Assembly (NCBI GenBank): GCA_001602415.1
Contig: CP012155.1
Span: 1,914,223 to 1,978,222 of the forward strand
Direction: 5' to 3'
Source: Bacteroidetes bacterium UKL13-3
GTDB taxonomy: Bacteria > Bacteroidota > Bacteroidia > UKL13-3
Length of the DNA: 64,000 nucleotides
A program made the position numbers and the translations under genes. Shown piece by piece: positions 19,512-29,931 of this stretch. Under the pieces are notes generated by a model. That model was not told the DNA's origin. It searched no databases and worked only from the letters and a program-made list of their open reading frames with translations. Within the stretch, counting starts at the first letter, position 1. Each line of letters starts with the position of its first letter.

Positions 19512-21734
19512 ATGAACAAACCCGCTAACGAGAAAAAACTCAGAAAAAATATAGAACAACTATTTGCAGGAAATAGAAAAAAAGCATACAACTACAAACA
19601 GGTAGCTGCAAGTCTTGACATCACAAGTGGAGAGGCTAAAGAGAGTATTATCAAACTGCTAAAAACATTGGAAAAAGAGGGGATCATTGAAGAGATTGCT
19701 CCTGGAAAATATACTGCTTTATTTGTTTCGTCCTTTATTGAGGGTCGTTTGCAAATGACACAACGTGGGGCGGGGTTTGTAATTCCGAATGAAGGAACGG
19801 GCGATATTTACATTGGCAATGAGCATCTGAACACTGCTTTAAATGGAGATAAGGTAAAAGTAAATGTATTTAGTCAGCGTGGTGGCGATCGTATTTCAGG
19901 AGAAATCGTGGAAATAACCCAACGCAACAAAATGGAATTTGTAGGCGTGGTTCAACTCTCACATAACTATGCTTTTTTGGTTCCGGATGATGGCCGAATG
20001 TATGCCGATATTTATATTCCATTAACCAAACTTAACAAGGCCAAAAATGGAGATAAGGCCATTGCTAAAATTACAACTTGGAGTGTAGAAGATAAAAATC
20101 CATTTGGCGAAATTATTGAAGTAATCGGACGGCCAGGTGAACACGAAACGGAGATGCACGCCATCATTGCAGAGTTTGGTTTCTCCGTAAAATTCCCTGA
20201 AGGAGTTGAATCAGAAGCAGAAAAAATTCCTACTGCCATTACCAAAGAAGAAATCGCCAAGCGCAAAGATTTTAGAAAAGTGTTAACATTTACCATCGAC
20301 CCTGAAGATGCGAAGGATTTTGACGATGCCATCTCGTTTCAACAAATAAAAGAAGGAGTATATGAAATTGGGGTGCACATTGCCGATGTTTCGCATTATG
20401 TTGTTCCGGGTACCAAGTTGGATGAAGAAGCACTTCACCGCGCAACATCTGTTTATTTGGTTGATAGAACCATTCCAATGCTTCCCGAAAAACTATCGAA
20501 TGGTGTGTGTTCATTAAGACCCAATGAAGAGAAACTCACCTTTTCTGCCGTGTTTCAGATGAATGATAATGGTGATATTTTAAGTCATTGGCTGGGCAAA
20601 ACCGTTATTTATTCCGACAGACGATTTGCTTATGAAGATGCCCAAGAACGCATAGAAACTGGCGAAGGCGATTTGGCGAATGAGATTATTATACTCAACA
20701 ATATTGCAAAAAAATTAAAAGAGCGTAGGTTTAAAAATGGTGCTGTAAATTTTGAAACAGAAGAAGTAAAGTTCAAATTAGATGAAAACTTCAAACCCAT
20801 TGGCATTTTCAAAAAAGTAAGAAAAGATGCCCATAAATTGATTGAGGAATTTATGCTATTGGCCAACCGTACCGTTGCCGAAGATGTTTTTAACATGGCC
20901 AAAGGCGATAACAAAAAAACATTTGTATACCGCGTTCATGAGCATCCTAGCGATGAAAAACTTAAACTCTTCTCAAACTTTGCCGGTCGTTTTGGGTATC
21001 GTATTCAAACCTCATCGGCAAAAGCCATTGCCCAATCGTTTAACGATTTACTAACCGAAGTTGAAGGAAAACCTGAGCAAAACATTATTCAGCAAATGGC
21101 TGTGCGCAGTATGATGAAAGCATACTATACCACAAAAAAAACAAGCCACTATGGTTTGGCATTCGACTTTTACACGCATTTCACTTCTCCTATCCGCAGG
21201 TATCCCGATTTGATGGCTCATCGTTTATTATTCTCCTATTTACACAATGGAAAATCGGCAGATGAAGCACAATACGAAGAAATGTGTAAACAATCATCGG
21301 CCATGGAAATTCAGGCTGCCGATGCTGAGCGCGCTTCGGTAAGATACAAACAAGTTGAGTACCTCAAAGATTTTATTGGGGATGAGTTTACAGGCATTAT
21401 TTCTGGTATTACAGAGTGGGGTATGTATGTTGAAATTACTGAATACAAATGTGAAGGTATGATTAGATTATCCAACCTTGCTGATGATTTTTATGAATAC
21501 GATGAAGTGAACCAATGGATTATTGGTAGACGAACGCATAAAAAATATCAGCTGGGCGACCAAGTGCAAGTTATTGTGAAAGGTGCTGATACCATTAAAC
21601 GACAAGTAGATTTAGACCTTGTTGGGAATGCTGCTGTGGTAAGGGTGCAAAAGGCTATGCGAAGACAAGAAAAAAGTAAAGGCAAAGCCAGACGCAGCGA
21701 CAAAAAATCGGGAGGCAAAAAACGTAGACGTTAA
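19512..21734 (+). CDS. rnr: Ribonuclease R
   Basis: TIDPEDAKDFDDA, HIADVSHYV, IEEFMLLAN, HFTSPIRRYPD, S1 domain, basic C-terminal tail. Confidence 0.97.
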   Translation: MNKPANEKKLRKNIEQLFAGNRKKAYNYKQVAASLDITSGEAKESIIKLLKTLEKEGIIEEIAPGKYTALFVSSFIEGRLQMTQRGAGFVIPNEGTGDIYIGNEHLNTALNGDKVKVNVFSQRGGDRISGEIVEITQRNKMEFVGVVQLSHNYAFLVPDDGRMYADIYIPLTKLNKAKNGDKAIAKITTWSVEDKNPFGEIIEVIGRPGEHETEMHAIIAEFGFSVKFPEGVESEAEKIPTAITKEEIAKRKDFRKVLTFTIDPEDAKDFDDAISFQQIKEGVYEIGVHIADVSHYVVPGTKLDEEALHRATSVYLVDRTIPMLPEKLSNGVCSLRPNEEKLTFSAVFQMNDNGDILSHWLGKTVIYSDRRFAYEDAQERIETGEGDLANEIIILNNIAKKLKERRFKNGAVNFETEEVKFKLDENFKPIGIFKKVRKDAHKLIEEFMLLANRTVAEDVFNMAKGDNKKTFVYRVHEHPSDEKLKLFSNFAGRFGYRIQTSSAKAIAQSFNDLLTEVEGKPEQNIIQQMAVRSMMKAYYTTKKTSHYGLAFDFYTHFTSPIRRYPDLMAHRLLFSYLHNGKSADEAQYEEMCKQSSAMEIQAADAERASVRYKQVEYLKDFIGDEFTGIISGITEWGMYVEITEYKCEGMIRLSNLADDFYEYDEVNQWIIGRRTHKKYQLGDQVQVIVKGADTIKRQVDLDLVGNAAVVRVQKAMRRQEKSKGKARRSDKKSGGKKRRR

Positions 21735-21740
21735 GTTAAC

Positions 21741-22709
21741 ATGCCACTCATCTCCCACTCTTCTTTCTCGGGCAACAGTATACTCAAAGGTAAACACGTT
21801 GAAACCGTTTTACCGGCTTTATTAAGAAATATGACTGTTCCGTATTCACGTGAACGCATCATTTTGAGTGATGGTGACTTTTTAGATTTAGATTGGTTGA
21901 GAGGTGGACACCGAAAAGTATTGGTATTGTTCCATGGATTAGAGGGAAGTTCAAACTCTCAATACATAAAGGGAATGGGACGTTATTTTTTAAACAATGG
22001 ATATGATATTTGTGCAGTAAATTTTCGCACGTGCAGTGGTGAAATGAATACCGTTTTACGAACGTATCACACTGGTGCTACCGATGATGTGAATGATGTA
22101 CTTCAACATATTGTTTTGCACAATCATTATTCGATGATGGCTATTGGCGGTTTTAGTTTGGGAGGGAATGTTGTACTTAAGTATTTAGGGGAACAGGTTT
22201 ACCAACTTCCTTCCATACTCAAATCCGCATTTGCCTTTTCCGTTCCATGCGATTTGGCAGCCTCATCGGTAGAAATGGCCAAGCTTGAAAACTCATTGTA
22301 CATGAAACGTTTTATGAGCACACTGAGAACCAAAATGAAACACAAAGCCCAACAGTTTAAAGGTCAAATTAATATAGAAGGAATCGATCGAATACGCACA
22401 TTCACAGCATTCGACAACATGTTTACAGCCCCCATGAATGGTTTTACAAACGCAGCCGATTATTATGCAAAAAGCAATGCGCTGCAATTCCTTAAACACA
22501 TTACCATTCCAACACTTTTTGTAAATGCACAGAATGACCCATTTTTAACGCCATCCTGCTTTCCAACTGAACTTGCCGGTAAACATTCCTATTTGTTTTT
22601 AGAAACTCCACAATATGGCGGACATGTAGGTTTTGCAACTCGTTTACCTAATGAAACTTACTGGAGCGAGTTGCGTGCATTTGAATTTACCAACCGTTTT
22701 TGCACATGA
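21741..22709 (+). CDS. YheT-family alpha/beta hydrolase
   Basis: DGDFLDLDW, HGLEGSS, GFSLGG nucleophile elbow, AQNDPF, GGHVGF. Confidence 0.92.
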   Translation: MPLISHSSFSGNSILKGKHVETVLPALLRNMTVPYSRERIILSDGDFLDLDWLRGGHRKVLVLFHGLEGSSNSQYIKGMGRYFLNNGYDICAVNFRTCSGEMNTVLRTYHTGATDDVNDVLQHIVLHNHYSMMAIGGFSLGGNVVLKYLGEQVYQLPSILKSAFAFSVPCDLAASSVEMAKLENSLYMKRFMSTLRTKMKHKAQQFKGQINIEGIDRIRTFTAFDNMFTAPMNGFTNAADYYAKSNALQFLKHITIPTLFVNAQNDPFLTPSCFPTELAGKHSYLFLETPQYGGHVGFATRLPNETYWSELRAFEFTNRFCT

Positions 22710-22805
22710 CCGAAAGCAGTTAGGAAAAATAAAGTTATGTGCTATATTGGCCCACTTTTTAAGGTAAACCGAGTTGCCTAAAACACCGAATTAAATACGT
22801 AAAAA

Positions 22806-23198
22806 ATGAGAACGCTACTATTTGTTTTGATACTTTTTATTGGGAACAATGCTTTTGCACAAAAAACTAAAATACCGCCCAAAGGGTATGATAAAATTGG
22901 TGCATACAACCGCAAAGGTTGGGCTAAAGTTGAAAAAGCTGGTAAGGTTGGTTACATCGATAAATCAGGTGCGGAGGTTATTGAATGTATTTACGATGAA
23001 ATTTATCCTTTTGAAAGAGGCAGAGCCAAAATTGTAAAAGCTGGTAAATTTGGTTTGGTGCGCGAAACCGGTGAAGTATTCGTTGACCCTAAATACGACT
23101 ATATTGGTCCGTTTGTAAACGGCTTGGCCATTATTGGACTCGGAACCAGACGTGGATTATTGAACGAAGAAGGCGAAGAAGTTGTGGAAGTGCAATAG
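22806..23198 (+). CDS. Secreted WG-repeat protein
   Basis: Signal peptide; about 3 repeats of GK(V/F)G(Y/L)I…YD.I.PF..G.A. Confidence 0.85.
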   Translation: MRTLLFVLILFIGNNAFAQKTKIPPKGYDKIGAYNRKGWAKVEKAGKVGYIDKSGAEVIECIYDEIYPFERGRAKIVKAGKFGLVRETGEVFVDPKYDYIGPFVNGLAIIGLGTRRGLLNEEGEEVVEVQ

Positions 23199-23216
23199 GA
23201 AACTGTCCCGAAACAA

Positions 23217-24932
23217 TTACCTTAATAAAGTTACGTTACCTTTAATTGTTTGCTTCTGGGAGTTTATCAAATCAGTATAAGTTACCTTATAAAAATATAC
23301 ATCGCTGTTGCATAAAGCACCATTAAATGTTCCATCCCAACTTGCATCCAAATCATCTGCTGCAAAAACTCGTTCACCCCATCTGTTGTATACCTCCCAA
23401 TGCAGAGAGGAAACATATTTTGTAACCGGTTTAAATGTTGAATTTACGCCTTCAGGTACAAAGGCATTCGGCACAAATACTTTTGCTCCGCATACATCTT
23501 CAATGCATACTTCATCATCATTCAAACAACCATATTCCGATTCAATGCTTACTTTTTCGCAACCTGCTTGGGTAAACGTAATTTGATTGAACGTATCCGT
23601 TAGGGTTTGCCAATAGTAAATATAGTTAGTATTAAGTGCTAACGTAGCATATTGTTGTGTAACGGTGCAAATGGTGAATTGATGTTGAGTGAGTTTATCG
23701 GGAAGTGGTTGTTCGGTTACGTAAATACTATCAACTTTGCTGCAACCGGCATTGGTTGCCTTTACCCAATACCAGCCTTGTTTGCTTGCCTGCAAGGTTG
23801 GTTGTATTGTACCATTCTGCCATTCAAATGCACTAGTATTTGTATAAGTTGGAGTTAACTGAATAGTCCTTTTTTCACATACAAAGGTATCTGCTCCTAA
23901 ATCAACAGTTGGCGTTTCAATCACTGTTAAGTAGGTGCTGTCTTTTCCTGTTGAGGTAAACACATAATACCAACCCGATTGATTAGCCATAAACCTATAT
24001 ACACTGTCTATTCCAATCACTTCTTGTGTGCTATCAGCATTGGTTGTCCATATTGTTTTGCCTGAGAATGTATGGTAAAAACTTATTGAATCGCCTTTAC
24101 AAGCTGAATCTTGTGCTACTAGGCAAGGAATTTCGTAAAGGGTGACGCTGTCGATGTAGAAATAGTTTTGAAAGGAATACCTTTCAACATTAAGTTCAAT
24201 TACTGCATTTGAACTATCTAATAACTCTAATGATGAATCATTTTTGAAATAGGATATTATAATTTGGTTTTCATTGCCCTTTGCTTTGAATATATTTGAC
24301 ACTTGTTTCCATTGATTGTCATTTTTGATTAATCCATGACTCTGCATAATCTGAGGTTTATTTCCATAAGGCATAGGTATCCAACTCCCTGTATATTTAT
24401 ATTTTAGAGTTGAGGTATCTTCTATTATGATCATACCTAAATCAGCAATTATAAGTGATTGCAATCCGAAATTATTGAAGAAAAAAGCCCCCTCATATTT
24501 TCGATTCTTAATTAACTTGCTTATTAGTTCACCATATACAGATTCTATATAATAGAAATTATCATATCCATCAATTTTGCTATTTATTTTCCTGTTAAAA
24601 ATCCCAATAAATGCATCTCCTGATAGAGGTGTTATATTTTTTCTGATTGAATCTGAGGATATCCGCCAAAAACTTCCCGTATACATTATATTGGGATATT
24701 GATACTCAATAATTGGTGATAAATAATTATAATAATCTGGACTAATACCTGAATAAGGAGCAGACCAACCTAACAAATACTTATTGATTGGATTTTGGCC
24801 ATTTGTAAGGAGTCTATCTGGCAACATTTTATACTCCTCAAAACTTCCGTTAGGCACTAAATTCACCTGACTAAAGGCTAACTTAGTTAGAAAGGTAAAT
24901 AATAAAGCAATATGAATAGTTTTAGTTTTCAT
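23217..24932 (-). CDS. T9SS type-B cargo (gliding-motility-associated C-terminal domain protein)
   Basis: Signal peptide; N-domain NLVPNGSFE…SPDYY; Ig-like repeats (VDLGADT); CTD VFVPNAF.P…VYNRWGERVF…WDGT…KGNVTLLR. Confidence 0.9.
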   Translation of the reverse strand: MKTKTIHIALLFTFLTKLAFSQVNLVPNGSFEEYKMLPDRLLTNGQNPINKYLLGWSAPYSGISPDYYNYLSPIIEYQYPNIMYTGSFWRISSDSIRKNITPLSGDAFIGIFNRKINSKIDGYDNFYYIESVYGELISKLIKNRKYEGAFFFNNFGLQSLIIADLGMIIIEDTSTLKYKYTGSWIPMPYGNKPQIMQSHGLIKNDNQWKQVSNIFKAKGNENQIIISYFKNDSSLELLDSSNAVIELNVERYSFQNYFYIDSVTLYEIPCLVAQDSACKGDSISFYHTFSGKTIWTTNADSTQEVIGIDSVYRFMANQSGWYYVFTSTGKDSTYLTVIETPTVDLGADTFVCEKRTIQLTPTYTNTSAFEWQNGTIQPTLQASKQGWYWVKATNAGCSKVDSIYVTEQPLPDKLTQHQFTICTVTQQYATLALNTNYIYYWQTLTDTFNQITFTQAGCEKVSIESEYGCLNDDEVCIEDVCGAKVFVPNAFVPEGVNSTFKPVTKYVSSLHWEVYNRWGERVFAADDLDASWDGTFNGALCNSDVYFYKVTYTDLINSQKQTIKGNVTLLR

Positions 24933-24943
24933 CGCACAAAACA

Positions 24944-24970
24944 GTTCCTGTAATATAAAATTACAGGAAC
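24944..24970 (-). terminator. Hairpin between the two T9SS cargo genes
   Basis: 11-bp perfect stem GTTCCTGTAAT/ATTACAGGAAC, 5-nt loop, TGTTTT after it on the minus strand. Confidence 0.7.
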
Positions 24971-24985
24971 CGTGCTGTTTGTTAA

Positions 24986-27376
24986 TTAATGGTTGATCTG
25001 AACTTTAACAACTTGAACTCCCTCTTGGGAAAATATTTTCACAACATAAATACCATTTGACCAGTCTTGTGTGTCAATAATATTGTTTCCTTTCAAAAGG
25101 TTGCTATTTATGTAAATAAGTTGTCCTCTGATGTCAAATATTTCCAATTTTTCAATTGTGTGAGTTTTATCCAATTGTTGAATAGTTAACTGATTGTTAA
25201 CCGGATTAGGGTATACTTTTACTGACTGAACAGGAGTTACCTGCTTAACACTTGTTAAATTTAATTGAGGAGCCTCATTAGGCACAACTATCTCAAATAT
25301 AGCATTTGAACTATTATAACTAGGAGCTAAATCTCCCAATTGGTTAAGTGTTGAAGCAGCAGGATTTACACTTAACCTGTAGGTTAAATTAACTGGTTGT
25401 TCGGGTAATGACTCACCCGAGAACACAAATCGTACACCCAATTGTTCAAACTCGTTCTCTATAGCAGCAGGTATCATCAAATCTCTAATACAACCAATAG
25501 AAGCATTTTCGAGCATAACAACACGAGGCCCCTGCCCATCAGGAATGGTAATATTCGATTGAACAAAACCGGCTGCATCCCATGCTTCCCAAAGCCTATC
25601 TGTCATTAACAGTTCAATTGAGCCTGCAAAATCTTGGAGGGTCACAAATGGATTCTCCAACTCTTCATTGGGTAATAACTCCAAACATATATCCCTTAAT
25701 TGTGGTTGCGGTTCAAGCGGAATTTGACCAAAACCGGGATCAACCGGATCTACAATAATTACAGTAGAAGTACCATTATCCCACGTTCCATCTCCTCGTA
25801 TAATTTTAAATGCAGCGCCATCCACCAATCGCGAATTACGGGTTACAACATTATTGTTGTTAATTACATAAGGTTTAATTTGAGTATAATTACCACTTGG
25901 TTGAAAACTAATGGGGTCATTTGTATCTTCGATACGAGCCAAAAAGCAAATAACCGGGAAAGCGCCAATATTGGTAAATTGAATGGAACTATTAAGTGGT
26001 GTATAATCACTTGGTTTGGGAGGAAACCAATCTACCCCGTTGCTGAAAGGTATGGCAAAAACTTCATTTGCATTTAGGGATTTTAAAAAATAAGGTTGAC
26101 TTATTTGAGGGTTTTTTCCGTAATTCTCAGCGAATGTGGCATCTTCAATAGTAGCCTCTGAACCAAGCGGAGCCTTTGCCCCACTAGTTAAAGTAATTGA
26201 ATTATTTATTTCATCATATTTCCAATGAGCATCCCAAAATTCATTTGTGCGAGCTAACGTCCAATACATTTTAATGGGAACGTTTGCAGGTGAAACATCA
26301 CATCCAACATTTTTGACCGCAACCATCATTTTGTTTGTATTTCCTGGAATAGTAACGTGGTCAGGGTCTTCGTTAGCAGAACTGTTCACAGGCGCTGTAG
26401 AAACCGATAGCCTATTCCATAAATCAGGACTCTTGAAAGGATCTGTAGTGCTCCAACCTCTTACAGAAGGCTCAAAACCGTTATCATTAATATGGTCCTT
26501 CATAACCAGGTCATATTTTCCTGCTTTGTATTGCAGGTATTTATATGTTGGCTTCCAAACACCTTGTCCATTATAGGCTAGCAAAATTGAATAGGTTTTC
26601 CCGGTTTGAATGGTTAGTCCTTCAAAAGTATTAATATTCAAACCACTTCCTTTCAACGAAGTTAACTCACCAGCAGTAAGGTGACGAGCAGCTTCCGACC
26701 CAATAGGAGAAAAAGCCCCATTTGATAGTAGAACAAATGGATTCACTTCACGTATGGATAGTAGCATTTTATCCGTGGCACAGGATGTATTCATTTTTAA
26801 CAGAATATTGGATTCGCAACCTTGCAATAAACGAACGGCTTCCTCTGATTTATTATTGATGGTAAACAATGGCGCTTGACCTCTAGAGTAATTTGCGTTG
26901 TTTGAGAAAAATGCACCGTCATCTGAACCTGAACCGTCAGTATAAGTACCATCCATAAAAAACGGGCCTTCTGGTAATACAAAGTTTAGATTTTGATTAG
27001 TAAAATCAACATTGGTCCTGTTATCTATTAACCTTACGGTACCATTTGTATTATTAACCTCAATCTTTAAATCAGGTGTTCTGGCCGGACCAGTATTAGT
27101 ATAGGCAGCGAACGACTGCACCGAGCCGGAAACTCCATATCTGAATCGTATAAACATTGAACCATTGGTTTGGATAGATTTGTTAGCGGTAAAAGGAATT
27201 GTAGTTATTCCTGATTCGCTACACGTAACAATAGAGGTTGGGATTGTTGCATCCTGAGCAATAGAATTAATCGAATAAAAAATACCGATTAAGAAAAGTA
27301 GGGAAAGATTGAACTTCTGAAGCAGCGATGATTCAATGGCTGCTTTTGTAGGGGGGGCGGTATTTAAGGGTTGCAT
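24986..27376 (-). CDS. Large T9SS type-A cargo protein of unknown function (796 aa)
   Basis: Signal region ending SIAQ; internal DLVMKD…DNGFEP…SPDLWNR module; CTD VKVYPNPVNN…GIYVVKI…KVQINH. Confidence 0.85.
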   Translation of the reverse strand: MQPLNTAPPTKAAIESSLLQKFNLSLLFLIGIFYSINSIAQDATIPTSIVTCSESGITTIPFTANKSIQTNGSMFIRFRYGVSGSVQSFAAYTNTGPARTPDLKIEVNNTNGTVRLIDNRTNVDFTNQNLNFVLPEGPFFMDGTYTDGSGSDDGAFFSNNANYSRGQAPLFTINNKSEEAVRLLQGCESNILLKMNTSCATDKMLLSIREVNPFVLLSNGAFSPIGSEAARHLTAGELTSLKGSGLNINTFEGLTIQTGKTYSILLAYNGQGVWKPTYKYLQYKAGKYDLVMKDHINDNGFEPSVRGWSTTDPFKSPDLWNRLSVSTAPVNSSANEDPDHVTIPGNTNKMMVAVKNVGCDVSPANVPIKMYWTLARTNEFWDAHWKYDEINNSITLTSGAKAPLGSEATIEDATFAENYGKNPQISQPYFLKSLNANEVFAIPFSNGVDWFPPKPSDYTPLNSSIQFTNIGAFPVICFLARIEDTNDPISFQPSGNYTQIKPYVINNNNVVTRNSRLVDGAAFKIIRGDGTWDNGTSTVIIVDPVDPGFGQIPLEPQPQLRDICLELLPNEELENPFVTLQDFAGSIELLMTDRLWEAWDAAGFVQSNITIPDGQGPRVVMLENASIGCIRDLMIPAAIENEFEQLGVRFVFSGESLPEQPVNLTYRLSVNPAASTLNQLGDLAPSYNSSNAIFEIVVPNEAPQLNLTSVKQVTPVQSVKVYPNPVNNQLTIQQLDKTHTIEKLEIFDIRGQLIYINSNLLKGNNIIDTQDWSNGIYVVKIFSQEGVQVVKVQINH

Positions 27377-27451
27377 AAAATTGTGGCTTGGGTTTTAAAA
27401 ACCATAACAATAATAGTACATTTATTTCAAAATAAAGCTACTCATATAAAT

Positions 27452-28891
27452 TTAAGAATTATTTAAGCTTTTATTATGATACATATCCATTGCCGTTAAC
27501 ATGGCAAATCCTCCCCAAAATAGTACTGCAATTTTATCCGTTTCGCTATAGTTGTTCATCAATCCGTGCACAAAATACGTTATCATTCCCAATGTAATGG
27601 CTAGCGACATCAATCTCACCCTTGGTTTGCGGGCGGTGTAAAACAAATTAAATCCAGTGTTTAATACATGGTAAAAAAGATACAGAATGGAAAGCATTCC
27701 CACCAATCCCATTTCGCATAAGGGATTCAGGTATTCACTATGAGAATTTCCACCATCACCAAAATCAGTACTGATAACCGTGCGATACTTGGCCATTTGA
27801 AAGGGGGCATATTCAAATTTATAAGTACCCGGTCCCCAACCAAAAACGGGTCTTTCTTTAAACATCTCAATAGCACATACCCAACGGTTAATCCGTTCGG
27901 CATTCGAAGCATCTGTTTTAATATTGGAAATGGAGTTGATATGCTCCGAAAAATCTTTACTTGATTCATCTTGGTTACGCGACATCAAGTAAACAATCTG
28001 GCTCGAAAATAGGATTCCAATTACCGCAGTTACCACTATGATGATAAGCAATGATTGAAGCCGAATTCTTGCCAACAGTGGAACCAAAGCCATTACCGCA
28101 GCGGCAATGCTAATCCATGCAGCACGTGTGTATGAATAAAACAACCCAACAAGCAATAAAGATAACACTGCTAAAACAACCGGCCATGCAACCGCATTAA
28201 GCCTAAATTTTGAAGGATACAATAAGTAGATAAACAACAGCGGAATAAAAAAAGCTATTGCAGCTGCATACACACCATGCCCCACATAAAAAGGTTGCTG
28301 TATGGTAAAAGAATAATGCTGATCAAAATTATAGGCACTGTGTTTTACGAGTGTAAACACAACTACCCCACACAATGCAATAATATACAACCAAAGGTAG
28401 TTTTGGATGTTTCCGAACTTCCTAAACAAGGCTACACCTAAAAAATAAAATACCACCACAAACCAAAACCTAGAAAGAAAATACTTAAAGGAAACAAAGG
28501 GTTGCTCGCTGCTTAAAACCGTGATAAATACCCACACCAAATTAATGAGTATAGCCTTTGATATGGGATGTTTAAATACCTTATAATCGTATTCGGAATG
28601 GATGATAAACTTAAAAAAGGTTAATGCCATAATGAGCATAATGAGAGGCTCACCGGGCAAACTGATTCCCAATCCAAAACCAATATCATCAATATTTACG
28701 GATAATGGAATGAGGAAACACAATACCAACAATAACACATCCAACTTAAAAAGAATGAGAAAACTGAACAGCAGTAAAAATGGCAGCAGGTTAATCCAAG
28801 GGAAATCAAATGGTATAGCAAGGGTATTGATAGCAATAAATGCTAAACTAATACCATAAAAAATCCGGTTTTTAGCCGCTTGTTGAAGCAT
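27452..28891 (-). CDS. O-antigen ligase/polymerase (Wzy_C) family membrane protein
   Basis: Many TM helices; SYTRAAW; ERINRW..A…RPVFGWGPGTY; NSHSEYL. Confidence 0.9.
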   Translation of the reverse strand: MLQQAAKNRIFYGISLAFIAINTLAIPFDFPWINLLPFLLLFSFLILFKLDVLLLVLCFLIPLSVNIDDIGFGLGISLPGEPLIMLIMALTFFKFIIHSEYDYKVFKHPISKAILINLVWVFITVLSSEQPFVSFKYFLSRFWFVVVFYFLGVALFRKFGNIQNYLWLYIIALCGVVVFTLVKHSAYNFDQHYSFTIQQPFYVGHGVYAAAIAFFIPLLFIYLLYPSKFRLNAVAWPVVLAVLSLLLVGLFYSYTRAAWISIAAAVMALVPLLARIRLQSLLIIIVVTAVIGILFSSQIVYLMSRNQDESSKDFSEHINSISNIKTDASNAERINRWVCAIEMFKERPVFGWGPGTYKFEYAPFQMAKYRTVISTDFGDGGNSHSEYLNPLCEMGLVGMLSILYLFYHVLNTGFNLFYTARKPRVRLMSLAITLGMITYFVHGLMNNYSETDKIAVLFWGGFAMLTAMDMYHNKSLNNS

Positions 28892-29878
28892 TTAGGATTT
28901 ATATGCTTTAACTTTTTCGGAAACAACAATTGCAATACACGCCATTACAAAAGCCGAAAGCACAGACAGCAATACGATAATAGAGCGAACAGGTGTTGCC
29001 TTTTGATCGGGTGCGTAGGCATTTCCTACAATGAATATATTGCTCAATTCACCTCGAGCATCTACTTTAGATTGCTCCAAACGCATGCGTAATTCTGATA
29101 GGTTTTCGGCCTCGTAACGCAACATTTGATAAACCAAAGTATACTCTCCACTGTATTCACCCAAGGTTTTACGTGTGATACTCGAAGGCCCTCCGCTGGC
29201 TTCAGATAAACGAATAGATTGTTCAGGTAAAGCATACACTCCTTTTTCACCCATGCTTTTCATCACTTGCTTCAACGAATCAATCATGGCTACTTTGTTG
29301 TCGTATTCCTTTGCAATAATTTCATGTGCCTGCAAAGCAACACGTCTTTTTATTTCTGTTTTAATAGTATCAGCCATCATCATCACACCATTTGCAATGT
29401 CGGCACTCATTTGTGGATTTTCATCCAATACACTAATCTCAATTGAATTAAAATCGGTACGCTTTACTTTAATGTTTTTATTGTATTGAATATCTACTAA
29501 ATAATTTTTATTCGGATTATTTGGGTCGATATGATAATGTTCAATCAAATTAAACTTATTGATGATACGTGCTTTTAAATCGCCCGACTCGAGCAACTGC
29601 ATAAACTGTTCGGTTTCCTCAACTTCACCAAACATGAGTGGATCGCGCGCTTTTTCGCGGAGTTTAAAAAATAATGCTGAGGAAATGGAGTTAACCGTTC
29701 CTGGATAAAACGTAGCAGCAGCCCTAAATTTTGGAGTAATAAACCATGGACCAGACGCTATGTATGAAAGCGCGGCTGCTGTGATACAAATGATGAGTAA
29801 TTGCTTTTTCCATTTATACAAAAAAGCTAAAACTTCAATAAATTCAAAATTATACTGACTATGTTTATTGTTCATTGC
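28892..29878 (-). CDS. Wzz-like polysaccharide chain-length determinant
   Basis: TM at each end, coiled periplasmic middle, P-rich 'APDQKATPVR' before the C-terminal TM. Start moved to MNNKHS. Confidence 0.85.
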   Translation of the reverse strand, partial: AMNNKHSQYNFEFIEVLAFLYKWKKQLLIICITAAALSYIASGPWFITPKFRAAATFYPGTVNSISSALFFKLREKARDPLMFGEVEETEQFMQLLESGDLKARIINKFNLIEHYHIDPNNPNKNYLVDIQYNKNIKVKRTDFNSIEISVLDENPQMSADIANGVMMMADTIKTEIKRRVALQAHEIIAKEYDNKVAMIDSLKQVMKSMGEKGVYALPEQSIRLSEASGGPSSITRKTLGEYSGEYTLVYQMLRYEAENLSELRMRLEQSKVDARGELSNIFIVGNAYAPDQKATPVRSIIVLLSVLSAFVMACIAIVVSEKVKAYKS

Positions 29879-29931
29879 TTGTATTGTGAGTGGCACAAAA
29901 ATATAAAAAAATCCCCCCTATCAAAGGTCTG

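Noticed and set aside
19373-19591. 72-aa minus-strand ORF and the many other short antisense or nested ORFs in the track (for example 2766-2972, 5814-6188, 9272-9637, 44752-45204)
   Set aside because: They overlap well-supported genes on another strand or frame and show no motifs; treated as shadow ORFs.
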